The notes under the pieces are model-generated. The model made no database searches. It had not been told where the DNA came from and was given only the letters and a program-made list of their open reading frames with translations. Of a DNA stretch of 32,000 nt, positions 1-9,884 are shown in pieces. A program made the position numbers and the translations under genes. Source of the DNA: Candidatus Saccharimonadota bacterium (lineage in GTDB: Bacteria; Patescibacteriota; Gracilibacteria; BD1-5; UBA6164); the NCBI GenBank assembly GCA_965229705.1, contig OZ245922.1:660001-692000 (forward strand), in the 5' to 3' direction. The stretch's first letter is position 1; each line of letters begins with the position of its first letter.

Positions 1-424
1 TAACGACGAGATGATCTGTGATTCGTCCTGGAGTTCCGACAACAATATGAGGTCCGTTCTTGAGCGATCTGACTTCGTCTCGGATATTTTGTCCTCCATA
101 AAGAAGTGTTATTTTGACTCAAGCGTCTGCAAATGATCCTATTTCTTGAGCGACTTGTATTGCGAGCTCTCGAGTGGGAGTGAGAATCATAGCTTGTATC
201 CCTGCTTTGCTCATATCGAGTTTATCGAGTAATGGAAGTCAAAAACTCGCTGTCTTTCCTGTCCCTGTCTGGGCTTGTCCGAGAACATTTTTTTCTCCTG
301 AGAGTAGGAGTGGTATCACTCAAGCTTGTATGGGGCTTGGGTGTTGGTAGCCTTTTTTTTCTATTGCTTGAAGGAGTGTTTCTGAGAGTCAAAGGTCTCG
401 GAAATGTAGAGTCTGTTCTGTCAT
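1..424 (-). CDS. DEAD-box ATP-dependent RNA helicase, N-terminal part (gene continues beyond window start)
   Basis: Minus-strand translation from ATG at 422-424 with TGA=Gly: [66 protein letters not shown]...GTPGRITDHL. Shows Q-motif, Walker A AQTGTGKT and the TPGR motif. Four in-frame TGA codons sit at Gly-typical positions. Confidence 0.9.
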
Positions 425-681
425 AGTAATTTTACAAAAAAATAAAGAGACATATCTCTCTCTCATAGTGAGTGAGTGTCATACACAAAATAATTATTCA
501 AAAATCTCGCCTAAAAGAGATATTTCTGATAATCGGTATTTTGTAGAAGAAATGTCTCTTTGTGGAATATGCTTTGCATATCTATGTCGAGCGGGACTAT
601 ACAAAGAAAAAAATGTAAAGCAAGCTTTTTTGAAAAAAGTATTGTTTTTTCTATTTTTATGTATATAAAATATTTACACTT

Positions 682-790
682 CTTAAGGAACCTCTGAAAA
701 ACGAAAATTTTCTAATCCACTCTGGCTCTAACGAGCCATCTCTCCTTTGCAAAAGGAGAGAAAAAAGGAGTTTTTCAGAACTTCCTTAAT
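682..790 (+). repeat. Copy A of a ~110-nt interspersed palindromic, hairpin-rich repeat
   Basis: CTTAAGGAACCTCTGAAAAAC...TGGCTCTAACGAGCCA-TCTCTCCTTTGCAAAAGGAGAGA...GTTTTTCAGAACTTCCTTAAT. Terminal inverted repeats of about 20 nt enclose two internal hairpins. Related copies at 12144, 25063 and 29287. Confidence 0.8.
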
Positions 791-843
791 GAAGCGAGTT
801 AAACTTTTAATCTCGCTTCATGAGAGGCGAAGAAAGGACTAAA

Positions 844-999
844 ATGGACCTAAATACAGATAATTTTTTCGCAATGCTTCTAATACTCTTGGTTATTAGT
901 TTATCAGATTACTTCCAAGAAAAAATTTGGGTGAAATATATGAAATATGTAATCTTAGGATTGATTCTTGGATTCTCTTTGCCAATTATCTGATTATAG
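844..999 (+). CDS. Small hypothetical membrane protein (51 aa)
   Basis: ATG preceded by AAAGGA. MDLNTDNFFAMLLILLVISLSDYFQEKIWVKYMKYVILGLILGFSLPIIGL, with one TGA read as Gly, TAG stop, terminator hairpin just downstream. No homology recognised. Confidence 0.4.
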
Positions 1000-1011
1000 C
1001 AGGTATACACT

Positions 1012-1040
1012 AAAAAAGGAGCGTTATAACGCTCCTTTTT
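1012..1040. terminator. Bidirectional rho-independent terminator between convergent genes
   Basis: AAAAAA-GGAGCG-TTATAA-CGCTCC-TTTTT. GC-rich 6-bp stem flanked by an A-run and a T-run. Confidence 0.6.
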
Positions 1041-1041
1041 A

Positions 1042-1266
1042 CTATTTTATTATATTCTTCCAGTTCATAATACTCAGCACATACCCTGCAGCAAGTCCCC
1101 AAAAAAACATATACACCCATACATCAAGTGATAAAAGCACTGGGAAAGCCTTTGCAATCCAAAGTGTTGAAAAAACAATCATCAACTTAAATATCATTAT
1201 GTCACGAATTGTCATTCTATGAAGCGTGTCCATAGATTCTTGGATATATCTTTGGTAAAAGTTCAT
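1042..1266 (-). CDS. Hypothetical small membrane protein (start uncertain)
   Basis: Part of ORF 1042..1365. An internal Met (MNFYQRYIQESMDTL...) avoids overlap with the upstream MAPEG gene. Hydrophobic C-terminal half, TAG stop next to the terminator. Confidence 0.35.
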   Translation of the reverse strand: MNFYQRYIQESMDTLHRMTIRDIMIFKLMIVFSTLWIAKAFPVLLSLDVWVYMFFWGLAAGYVLSIMNWKNIIK

Positions 1267-1316
1267 AAAAAAAGAAAAAATATATAAATCGTATCTTAGA
1301 AAAAAATTGCGAAAAA

Positions 1317-1703
1317 CTACAATAGTATTCCAGAAATTGCCAGTAATAACATACTCACCGTACACAAAAGAGAAATCAGAAATGGAATCATACGCTTTTT
1401 AGGATCTTGCTGATACATAACTGCATACAAAATACGCGAAATAATCCATATTCATCAAATAATAGCAGCAGCTATCTCATAACCTCAAAATGTCGCTACC
1501 CACAATAAGGGAAGAAATACCATCACGCTCTCTAGCGTATTTACCTGAATACGATGAGCAATGATAAACTCTGTATTTTTAGTCGTATAGGTCTCATATG
1601 ACTGAACCTTGTGTTTTGAACGCATAGTTCCAACCCTAAAGGCAAGAAGTACCTGTAAAAGAGAGATAACGCAAGTAATCAGACCTGCATATTCATAGTG
1701 CAT
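1317..1703 (-). CDS. MAPEG-family membrane protein
   Basis: MHYEYAGLITCVISLLQVLLAFRVGTMRSKHK...AHRIQVNTLESVMVFLPLLWVATFGGYEIAAAIIGGIWIISRILYAVMYQQDPKKRMIPF... The R-x-H-x-N-x-x-E and R-x-x-Y...Y...P..R pattern resembles MAPEG. Three TGA codons read through; TAG stop at 1317. Confidence 0.6.
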
Positions 1704-1797
1704 AATAAAAAGTTATAAAAATAACTCTTGTATTGTAGTTTCATTATCTATTTACGCAAACTCAATCAACTATTTATGAAAAACTTTTTCAATAGTA

Positions 1798-3747
1798 CTA
1801 ATCTTTTACATACTCCCCTGCAAACTTACTCGTGAGACTCACAAAATCTGAGATATTTTTGAGTTCTCCTCACTCTAAAAGTACTGCCTGCATATAGGCG
1901 TAGTTGATAAGATCTTTGAGTTTTTTGGATTTTATATCAGACTGAAACTCTTTCTTCATCGCTTTTACCAGCTTATTGTTTGGGTTGAGTTCTAGGATAC
2001 GCTTTGTTTTTGGAACATCTTGTCACATCGCTTTCATCATCTTTTCCATTTGTGGATTCATAGATCCGTCTGGAGTTTTGAGAGCTCCAAGTGAATCTCA
2101 AAGATTTGTATTGAGCTCTACTTTTTCGATCTCATCTGCTCAAAGCGTATTTTTTATAAGCTTAAGCATATCTTTATACTGCTTTTGTGCTGACTCTTCT
2201 TTTTTCTTTTCTTCCTCTGTTTTTTCCTTGAGACTCACATCACTCGCGGTAATGGACTTGAGTTTTGCCCCTTTGTACTCATCAAGTACTCCTATCATCC
2301 ATTCATCAATCACATCTGTCAATAAAAGCACATCTACCTTATTTTCTCGAAACTGTGAGATATATGGACTTGCAAGTACTTCTGAGTGCGATTTTCCTGT
2401 GATATAATAAATAGTTTTTTCAGGAGTGTCTTTTTTTTCTGTCTTGTTTTCTCCTTGAGAAGTTTTTGGACTAGAGGCTTCCAAATACTCGTCTAAGCTC
2501 TGTTTTTTCTCTCATAAAAGTGTCTGAAACTCCAGTACCTCTGCAATATCCTGCTTGATATTATGCTCATAGTACACCCCTTCTTTGAGAATATTTCCAT
2601 AATTTTCAAAAAACTTTGAGTATCTCTCTCTATTATTTTCTCGAACTTTTTTCAGCTCTGTGAGGATTTTTTTCTGGAGCGCTGATTTTATTTTTTCAAG
2701 CGTGGTATTTGATTGGAGCATTTCTCGAGAAATATTGAGTGGGAGATCTGATGTCTCCACCACACCAGAAACACATCTGAGCCATACAGGAAGAAGCTCC
2801 TTTGCATGTTCCAAGATAAGCACATTTTGTACATAGAGTTTTGGACCATAATCTCTATTTGGATCTCGCATATCAGCAAACATATTTACTGATTCTGGGA
2901 GAAAAAGTAAAGCGTTATAACTCACTGCTCATTCTACATTTGTATGCACTCTTGCCAGTGGCTCTTGAAAATCCATACTCACACTCTGGTAAAACTCTTT
3001 ATACTGCTCATCACTGATCGATGATTTTGATTTTTTCCAGATTGCTTTTGTTTCATTGACCCTTTCGTATTTGAGCTCTTTTGGTTCTTTTTTCTGTTCT
3101 TCTTCTGATCGCGTATCATTTTCGAGCATCATAATCGGAACAGCAACATAGTTTGAGTATTTTTTTATGAGTTCTCTGACTTTCCAATCTGTCACAAGTT
3201 CCTGATTTCCTTCACTAAAATACAGCTTTACCGTTGTTCATCTTGACTGTTTCTGAGTCTCTATAAGCTCATATCCTGTTTTCCCATCACTGGTCCATAA
3301 ATGCGCTTTGGTATCCAAAGCACTTCGAGTCGTTACCTCTACCTTTTGCGCGACCATAAAAGCAGAATAAAATCCCACTCAAAACTGCCCAATAAGATTA
3401 TGGTCTCCTCACTGTTTTGCTTTTTCGAGCTTTTCTATAAATTCTTTTGTTCCTGACTTTGCAATCGTCCCAAGATGAGTATGGATTTCATCTTGTGTCA
3501 TTCAGATACCATTATCACTGATAGAGAGTGTTTTTTTATCACTATCAATATCTATTGTAATCTCAAAGTTGGTATCATCTCCGAGAAAGCTGGTATCTGT
3601 CAGAGACTTGAGTCGCGCTTTATCGATAGCATCAGAAGCGTTTGAGATGAGTTCTCTCAAAAATATTTCTTTATTAGAATAAATAGAATGTGTGAGCAGC
3701 TCAAGAATTCTTCCCGTTTCTGCTGCAAAATTATGTTTTTTTGTCAT
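1798..3747 (-). CDS. htpG: Molecular chaperone HtpG (Hsp90), 649 aa
   Basis: N-terminus MTKKHNFAAETGRILELLTHSIYSNKEIFLRELISNASDAIDKARL...SISDNGIGMT (the G of GMT is TGA at 3502-3504). C-terminus ...AYMQAVLLEGGELKNISDFVSLTSKFAGEYVKD. The four listed minus ORF fragments are all in one frame, joined only by TGA codons. Confidence 0.95.
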
Positions 3748-3757
3748 AAAAAATATA

Positions 3758-3784
3758 TTAGCACTTAAAATATATAAGTGCTAA
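3758..3784. promoter_or_regulatory. CIRCE (HrcA operator) inverted repeat upstream of htpG
   Basis: TTAGCACTT-aaaatatat-AAGTGCTAA is a perfect 9-nt inverted repeat with a 9-nt spacer. It matches CIRCE consensus TTAGCACTC-N9-GAGTGCTAA at 8 of 9 positions per arm. It ends 11 nt upstream of the htpG ATG. Confidence 0.7.
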
Positions 3785-3962
3785 TCATTGTATGATTTTT
3801 TCTCCGTGTATCAATAACTTTTCAGAGAAAATAAGAAAAAAATATTTGTATATTATTATTTTTTATTCATAAAGTATTTTTTATAAATTATTTTTTATAT
3901 AAATCAATTCTATTTTACGGTGTTGCATTCACAAATGTCGTTTTTTTGTATAAGATACCCAT

Positions 3963-4379
3963 ATGCAATATAAAATCCCGGTACAAATAGAAAATGAGGA
4001 TCCTATATTTTTAGGATTGAGCCTGAGGCAACTTACTATTATTATGGTAGGTTTTTGAATTGCTTATGGTATTTTTCAGAGTCTTATGCCGAGTGTTTGA
4101 TGAGAAATAGCTCTCATTCCAAGTGGTTTTATCGCGATACTTACCGTGCTTATTGCGGTGTTTAAAATCCATGAAATGACTTTTGTCCCTTTTATCCTCT
4201 CCCTGATACGACTCAATATTTTTCCCAAAGAACGCAAATGGGAGATGAATACTGATAGTTCTTGGTCGCTGGATATCGGATTTTTAACCAGTGAAACCGA
4301 AAAAAAACAACAAAGCATAGATATAGAAAGAAAAATAGATACAATCGAAGAACTCCAAGAAAAACTCAAAAAGATTTAG
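3963..4379 (+). CDS. PrgI-family (VirB3-like) small membrane protein of type IV secretion-like systems
   Basis: MQYKIPVQIENEDPIFLGLSLRQLTIIMVGFGIAYGIFQSL...FILSLIRLNIFPKERKWEMN... The N-terminal motif and two TM segments are as in PrgI-family proteins. Three TGA codons read as Gly; TAG stop. Confidence 0.6.
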
Positions 4380-4412
4380 TCATCTTCTTACTTCTTCTCT
4401 ACAAAGAAACTT

Positions 4413-5120
4413 ATGCCAGAGAAAAAAAAACCTAGTAAATCTCCCGACAGTAGTACCCAAAGACATCTTCCCTTTTCTCAACTGCGAGAAAATATCATGA
4501 TCATGAAAGACTCTTCAGCAAGAGTTGTGATGAAATGTAGTACCATTAACTTTTTACTCAAAAGTAACGAAGAACAAGATGCTATTATTGTAAGTTTTCA
4601 GCGCTTTCTTAACTCTCTGGATTTCCCTGTGCAGATAATAGTAAGATCCAGTAAACTAGATATAGATGGATATCTAGAAAAACTCAAAGAAAAAGCTGTC
4701 AGCCAAAAAAATGAACTCTTACAAAACCAGACATATGAATATATTGATTACCTCAAGAAACTTGTTGAGGTAGCACAAATTATGAAGAAAGAGTTTTATA
4801 TCGTTGTACCTCACGACCTCGAAGAAGATGCGAGCGTGAAATCTCAAGGAATATTTGGCATGTTTAAAAACTTTTGGCGAGCTATTAACAACGGAGATGA
4901 TATTGTAAAAATTCGTAGTCAAATACGCAGTTTTCAAGAAACGAAAAAGGCTCTTATGAACCGCAGTAGTACCGTAAAAACCAGTCTCGAATCTATTGGT
5001 ATTCGTGCAAGCGAACTCAATAAATCAGAACTCGTTGCTCTCCTTTCTGACTACTATAACCCAAGCCTTTGAAACTTTCAGGCTATGAAATCTCCGATTT
5101 CTGATTATAATCTTCTCTAA
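4413..5120 (+). CDS. Protein resembling only the N-terminal domain of VirB4/PrgJ-type T4SS ATPases (235 aa, no ATPase domain)
   Basis: ...RENIMIMKDSSARVVMKCSTINFLLKSNEEQDAIIVSFQRFLNSLDFPVQIIVRSSKLDIDGYLEKL... resembles the N-terminal region of Gram-positive VirB4-like proteins. No Walker motifs. One TGA read through; TAA at 5118. Confidence 0.45.
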
Positions 5121-5142
5121 AGTATTATTTTTTTGAATATAT

Positions 5143-5487
5143 ATGAAATATCTTTACTTCTTTTGATGTTTTTTTCTTCTTGCCCTACATCAAGTACAAG
5201 CAGAAAGCAGTAATATTCTCGGAATCTCTGATGATAAACTACGCTCTTGAGATGTACACTTGAGCGATATCCCTCTTGCTCTTCGTGCGGCGATTGATTT
5301 TTTTATGGCTATTGCCGGAACTATTTCTGTAATATTTATCATCATATGAGCATATAGAATTCTTTTCGGATCTGCCCAGCAAGATAAGACTAAAGGACGA
5401 GATACTATTTTTGCTGCGCTTACATGACTCGCTCTTGCTGCGCTTGCATGGACTATTGTGAAAGTGATACTTGCTAACCTCAGCTAA
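5143..5487 (+). CDS. T4SS pilin-like protein (TrbC/VirB2-like, CPR type)
   Basis: Signal-like N-terminus MKYLYFFGCFFLLALHQVQA, then ...DIPLALRAAIDFFMAIAGTISVIFIIIGAYRILFGSAQQDKTKGRDTIFAALTGLALAALAWTIVKVILANLS. Two hydrophobic helices separated by a charged loop, as in VirB2-type pilins. Confidence 0.6.
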
Positions 5488-5489
5488 AC

Positions 5490-5954
5490 ATGGATAGCCC
5501 TATTCTTCATCAGTGGCAGTACCAAGACAATAAAGATCGTTCACCACTTTGGTATATGATCGCTCTTTCTGTTTCTATTTGACTGATTGTTTGGGGATTT
5601 TTGACACTTCAATATGGAATGAGTATTGTCGTGATGATTGTCACTGGGTTGTTTTATTTTCTCGAAATACACTCTGACGAAATAATAGAAGTAAAAATAT
5701 CCGAAGCTGGTATATGGATACAAAAATCTTTTTATGAGTATTCTCACATTGCTTCTTATAGTTTCATATACTCAGGGAAAGATGTGATATATATGCGACT
5801 CAAACTTCGTCGAAGCCCCATTAGGCTATTATCTCTGCGTATAGACAACTCACAGCTCCTCGCTATTGAGAATATTCTACTTGAGGCTCTTGGAGAACCT
5901 GAGCGTCAAGATATATGAATAGTCGACCGTATCAGTCATTTTCTTAAACTCTAG
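5490..5954 (+). CDS. Hypothetical membrane protein (two N-terminal TM segments)
   Basis: MDSPILHQWQYQDNKDRSPLWYMIALSVSIGLIVWGFLTLQYGMSIVVMIVTGLFYFLEIH... ATG starts 3 nt after the pilin stop. Two TGA codons read through; TAG stop. Confidence 0.5.
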
Positions 5955-5959
5955 CACTT

Positions 5960-6382
5960 ATGAAACTCTTTTTTTCTATCATACTGAACGCCTCTATTTT
6001 GTACGCTATTACCTATCTTCTCTGACCAAATAGCGACAAAGCACTTGAAGCGTGAGTTGCCCTGTGATGTCAAAACTGTGAATACTTCTCTATTCAGGCG
6101 CTCAAGACCTATATTTTAGGAGGAGTCATACTATGAATCATTAACTCCACTCTCAGGCCTATACTGAGAATACTCTCTTTGCCCCTCTACTTTATATTTC
6201 TTTGATTGGTAAGTTTTTTTATCAATGCTATCATTCTCTATGTTTTTGGATATATCATCAATGATATACTCATGATTCCTGGTGTTTGATACGAAATTAT
6301 ATGAAATACAAACTTTATAATTGCAGTTGCAATTTTCACCGTCTTGAATACAGTCTATTCACTTTTGCATTTTAAAAAATAA
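5960..6382 (+). CDS. Phage holin family IV / DUF360-type membrane protein
   Basis: ...LGGVILGIINSTLRPILRILSLPLYFIFLGLVSFFINAIILYVFGYII... matches the hallmark LG..N..vRP.L..L.LP....TLGLF..v.Na core of this family. Several TGA=Gly codons; TAA stop. Confidence 0.7.
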
Positions 6383-6384
6383 GC

Positions 6385-6603
6385 ATGTTTGAAATACTTT
6401 CAACGATAGAAGTCGTTATTGCTATGCTCCTAATATTCGTAGTCCTTATTCAAAATAAAAGTGTTGCCCTCAACCTCTCTACGATGTCTGGCTGAATGTG
6501 AGCAACAGAAAAAAGATGACCCGAAAAAGCACTCCATAAACTTACTATTTTTCTTGGAATGCTTTTTATACTTAACTCTCTTGCCCTCTTTATACTCGCG
6601 TAA
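6385..6603 (+). CDS. secG: Preprotein translocase subunit SecG
   Basis: MFEILSTIEVVIAMLLIFVVLIQNKSVALNLSTMSGGMGATEKRGPEKALHKLTIFLGMLFILNSLALFILA. Size (72 aa), the VLIQ motif and the Gly-rich loop (three TGA=Gly) fit SecG. Confidence 0.75.
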
Positions 6604-6619
6604 TTATTAGAATAAGCTT

Positions 6620-8791
6620 ATGAGAGATTTGGTTCAAAAAAAGCTCAAGGCATACTTATTATATATAAGTATGTTTTCTTTTTTTGTGCTGAGTGGTCAT
6701 CTCTGCTTTGTATATCTCTACCATGATGCTGACACAAGTGCTCTTGAATGAGGAACAATATCTGAGGCACTTATAGGAGATTTTCCACACTTTAATCCCC
6801 TGATTCCCTCTCGAAATCATAACGCTTATATCAATAAACTTCTCTATCGCTCGATACTAGAATACTCTCCCGAAAAACAAAGCCTCGAGCCAAGTATCAT
6901 GAACTGTGATACGAGTAATCTTCTGCTGATCAAATGTTCTATGGAGAGTAGTATTTTTTGGTCTGATGGAAGTGAGATAAGCCCCTATGATGTCCAGGCA
7001 ACCCTGAGCCTCATAAAGCAGACTCGTTCACATCCTATCATTGCCTCTCTTTTGGATAATACTACTATGGAAGTCAGCTCAGAATCTCTCACATTTCGAA
7101 ACACAGCGCGAGATATCAACTTTCTTCATGTACTCCTGCAACCTATTATTCCTCAGGATGTAGCTGAAAATCTCAATAGAGCAAATATTACAGGAAAATT
7201 CTCTGAAGTATGAACCATATATTCAGGAAGATTTCGTCTTGTAAATATTCATCAAGATGAGACTATTGGTGTTACAAAACTGACACTGTGAAGAAATGAA
7301 TATTATTCGCCATCTGATATATTCATCGATTTTTATATCTTGCACCTATTTACCAACGACAATCATTTTGCAAAACATACAAGCTCCTTCAATGTATTCA
7401 ATGACAAGCAAAGACTGATCGCAAACCCTATTCCTCGCCTGAGAAAGTTTGAATACTCTCTGCCACAGTTTACCTGAGTATTTTTTAATACTACAAATCT
7501 CTCTGCTGATGAGAGAGTCACTCTTGCATGACTGATTGATCGAGATGATGTTGTAAAAACTCTCGGAGAATCTGTTGTGCAAGAAGCCTACAACCCTTTT
7601 CTCAGTGATACTTCTATAGATGCCCTATGAAAAGTGGATGTTGAAGTTTTGAAAAAATGAAAACCCTTCTATCGCAAAAAAGAACTCCAAGAAATAGCTC
7701 TTGCGGTAAAGAATCTCAAAAAAGTCACCATATCAGAAGAAGCAAACGCAACTCCAAAAATCACTCAAGAACCACTAAAATTCATACAAAATAGTGATAT
7801 CTTAAAATACAATTTTCTTACTCGTGATAACATCCTCATTTCATGAGATGTTCCTGCAGGAACACAAAAAGTATTTATCAACGACTACGAGCTCACAAAA
7901 TATTCTCCTGGAGACAGCGTATTTTACTATCGGCTTTTAGAGGCGTATGATTCTATTGTGGAGGGTGAAAATGTTTATAGGCTCTATTATGAGTGAGTAA
8001 ATGGGAAAGAGTTTCAAGAAGAGTTTTATGTGTACTACTACAAAGACCAAGAAGACAAAGTTCGTGAAATGCAAGAAACATTTTTCTCCCCTGAAGAAAC
8101 AAACCAAGATACCACCATAGAACAGATTCAAGAACTTGAAGAAAACCTCCTCACCCTTGATATGGCAAATACTCTCCTTGATGGCTATCTCTATGAAAAA
8201 GATGGAAGTATCTTATGATACAAACTTGTCTACAGCAGGGATGATCCCCTTATGGAAAAGACAGCATTGTACCTGCAAGATATTTTTTCATCTCAGAGTA
8301 TCTCTCTTGAGTTAGAAGCTCTGAGTATAGATCAAATTACGAGCCGTATTCGCAGCAATGATCTCTCCTATGATATACTTCTCTTAGGAATAAATACGGG
8401 ATATTTTAGCTCAAATATATTTCCCTATTTTCACTCAAGCCAAATTGAAAATGGATATAATCTGTCAAACTTTAAACTCCTCAGTCTTGATATCCTATTA
8501 GAAGAATTAAAAAGTCATAATATCTGAATACAAAAGAAAAACGAACTCGAAGAAAAAATGCTTGATATTTTTCAGGAAAATCAGATTATGAAAATACTCT
8601 ATACTCCAAAGTATACGCTACTTGTGGATCAAAATATACAAAATTTTTCTTTTCCTGGTATGATTGTTGATGATGCTCTGAGATATCATTTCTTTCTTTG
8701 AACACACCTTTCTGAAAAAAAGACGATTATCTGGAGAGAAAAGTCTCTCTGATGATTTTTCTCGTATCTTATATCACAGTTATCTTTCTAA
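6620..8791 (+). CDS. Extracellular solute-binding protein, family 5-like (peptide/nickel SBP fold), 723 aa, N-terminal membrane anchor
   Basis: One frame joins ORFs 6899, 8030 and 8252 through TGA codons. Family-5-like segments: ...GRFRLVNIHQDETIGVTKLTLGRNEYY..., ...GVFFNTTNLSADERVTLAGLIDRDDVVKTL..., ...DILLLGINTGYFSSNIFPYFHSSQIENGYNLSNFKLLSLDILLEEL.... TAA at 8789. Confidence 0.6.
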
Positions 8792-8794
8792 GAG

Positions 8795-9712
8795 ATGGAC
8801 GCTCAAGAAAAGACATACATGAATAACTCTTTGCTCTATCCCAGTTTAGAACTCATTAAACATGATACAAAGATTAAGGGATTTTACTTTATCCCTGGAG
8901 TTTTTTCTGTTGCTTTTTTGTCGCTTATCCTCGTATACCAAACACTGTATACTTATATCGTATTACTGGGAAACTCTGAAAGTTTTTCAGAGAAGATACT
9001 GGGATTTTTTGACTCTGATTATGGAACTCCTACTCTGATAACTTTATGATGCATTGCCCTATTTTACATCACTTTGATGCCCTTGTTTGAGTGAGCACTC
9101 ATTCGTTATATAGAAGCTAAAAATGAAGATACTCAGGCAAGTCGTTCTGACGCTCTGGGTTTTGGTATTGTTCGCTTTGCTCCACTGTTTGAATACAACA
9201 ATATATTTAATATGTTCAAGTTTATTTCTATCGTTAATGGGTATCTCTTTGCACTCCGTTTTCTTGGTTTGGATTATGTTTTTGCTCTTTCTATTGTTTT
9301 TGGTGTAGCATTTATTTTTTCAGTGATTCTCAATATACTCACTTCCTATGCTCGGTATGAAATAGTACTGGAAAAAAAATGAGTATTTGAAGCGATTGGT
9401 GTTTCTTCACAAATTGCGCTTCTCAATATGAAAACAACTATTCGTCTCTACTTTATGATGTTTATCATGAACTTTAAGGTACTCATTAACTTTATGATAT
9501 TTTTGATATTTCCCCTGCTTACTGTCTCTATTTTATGATTCATTAGCTCACAAATATTTAGTCTTATTACCTTTATAATTTTGGCTGGAGTATTTGTCCT
9601 ACTCTTATGTCTTATGGGGTATATGGCAGGAGTTCTTGAGATATTCACAACGGCTATTTGGTATCATGCCTATAAGCAAGGAAAAGAGAAGCTTTTACAC
9701 AATAAGATGTAA
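8795..9712 (+). CDS. Hypothetical polytopic membrane protein (305 aa)
   Basis: A single frame is open from ATG 8795 to TAA 9710 once five TGA codons are read as Gly. Multiple hydrophobic segments. The listed ORF 9123..9308 is out of frame with it. Confidence 0.55.
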
Positions 9713-9884
9713 AAAGCTTATTCCCAAAAAAATGGGAAAATAAGAAATATGTAAAAATACCCAAGGGGCATAAACTTTGTAGCTCAAGGAAAAACCAACT
9801 TGGCTGAAATAAACGTACTTACTGTACGAGTTTGAAGACAATGTTGAGTTTTGACGATGAAATACGAAGTTTTTCCGCATTTCC

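Noticed and set aside
1976-2407. Long plus-strand ORF (143 aa), and similar ORFs at 12783..13217, 17815..18346, 29020..29349 and 29882..30262
   Set aside because: They lie antisense to, or out of frame with, strongly supported genes (htpG, M23 peptidase, hypothetical 17852..18754, comM, sufU-like). They have low-complexity Ser/Phe/Leu-rich composition typical of shadow ORFs in AT-rich DNA.
1798-3747. htpG (and serS, ruvB, comM, hisS, folD and others) could be read as pseudogenes broken by many premature stops
   Set aside because: All interruptions are TGA only. The fragments never change frame. The TGA positions coincide with conserved glycines. This indicates codon reassignment, not decay.
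5960-6382. A 'phage holin' family gene as evidence for a prophage lysis cassette
   Set aside because: No endolysin, terminase, capsid or integrase genes are adjacent. This DUF360-type family is widespread as a chromosomal membrane protein, and the gene sits directly before secG.
9123-9308. 61-aa hydrophobic ORF
   Set aside because: It is out of frame (+1) with the continuous 8795..9712 reading frame, which is open end to end once TGA is read as Gly.
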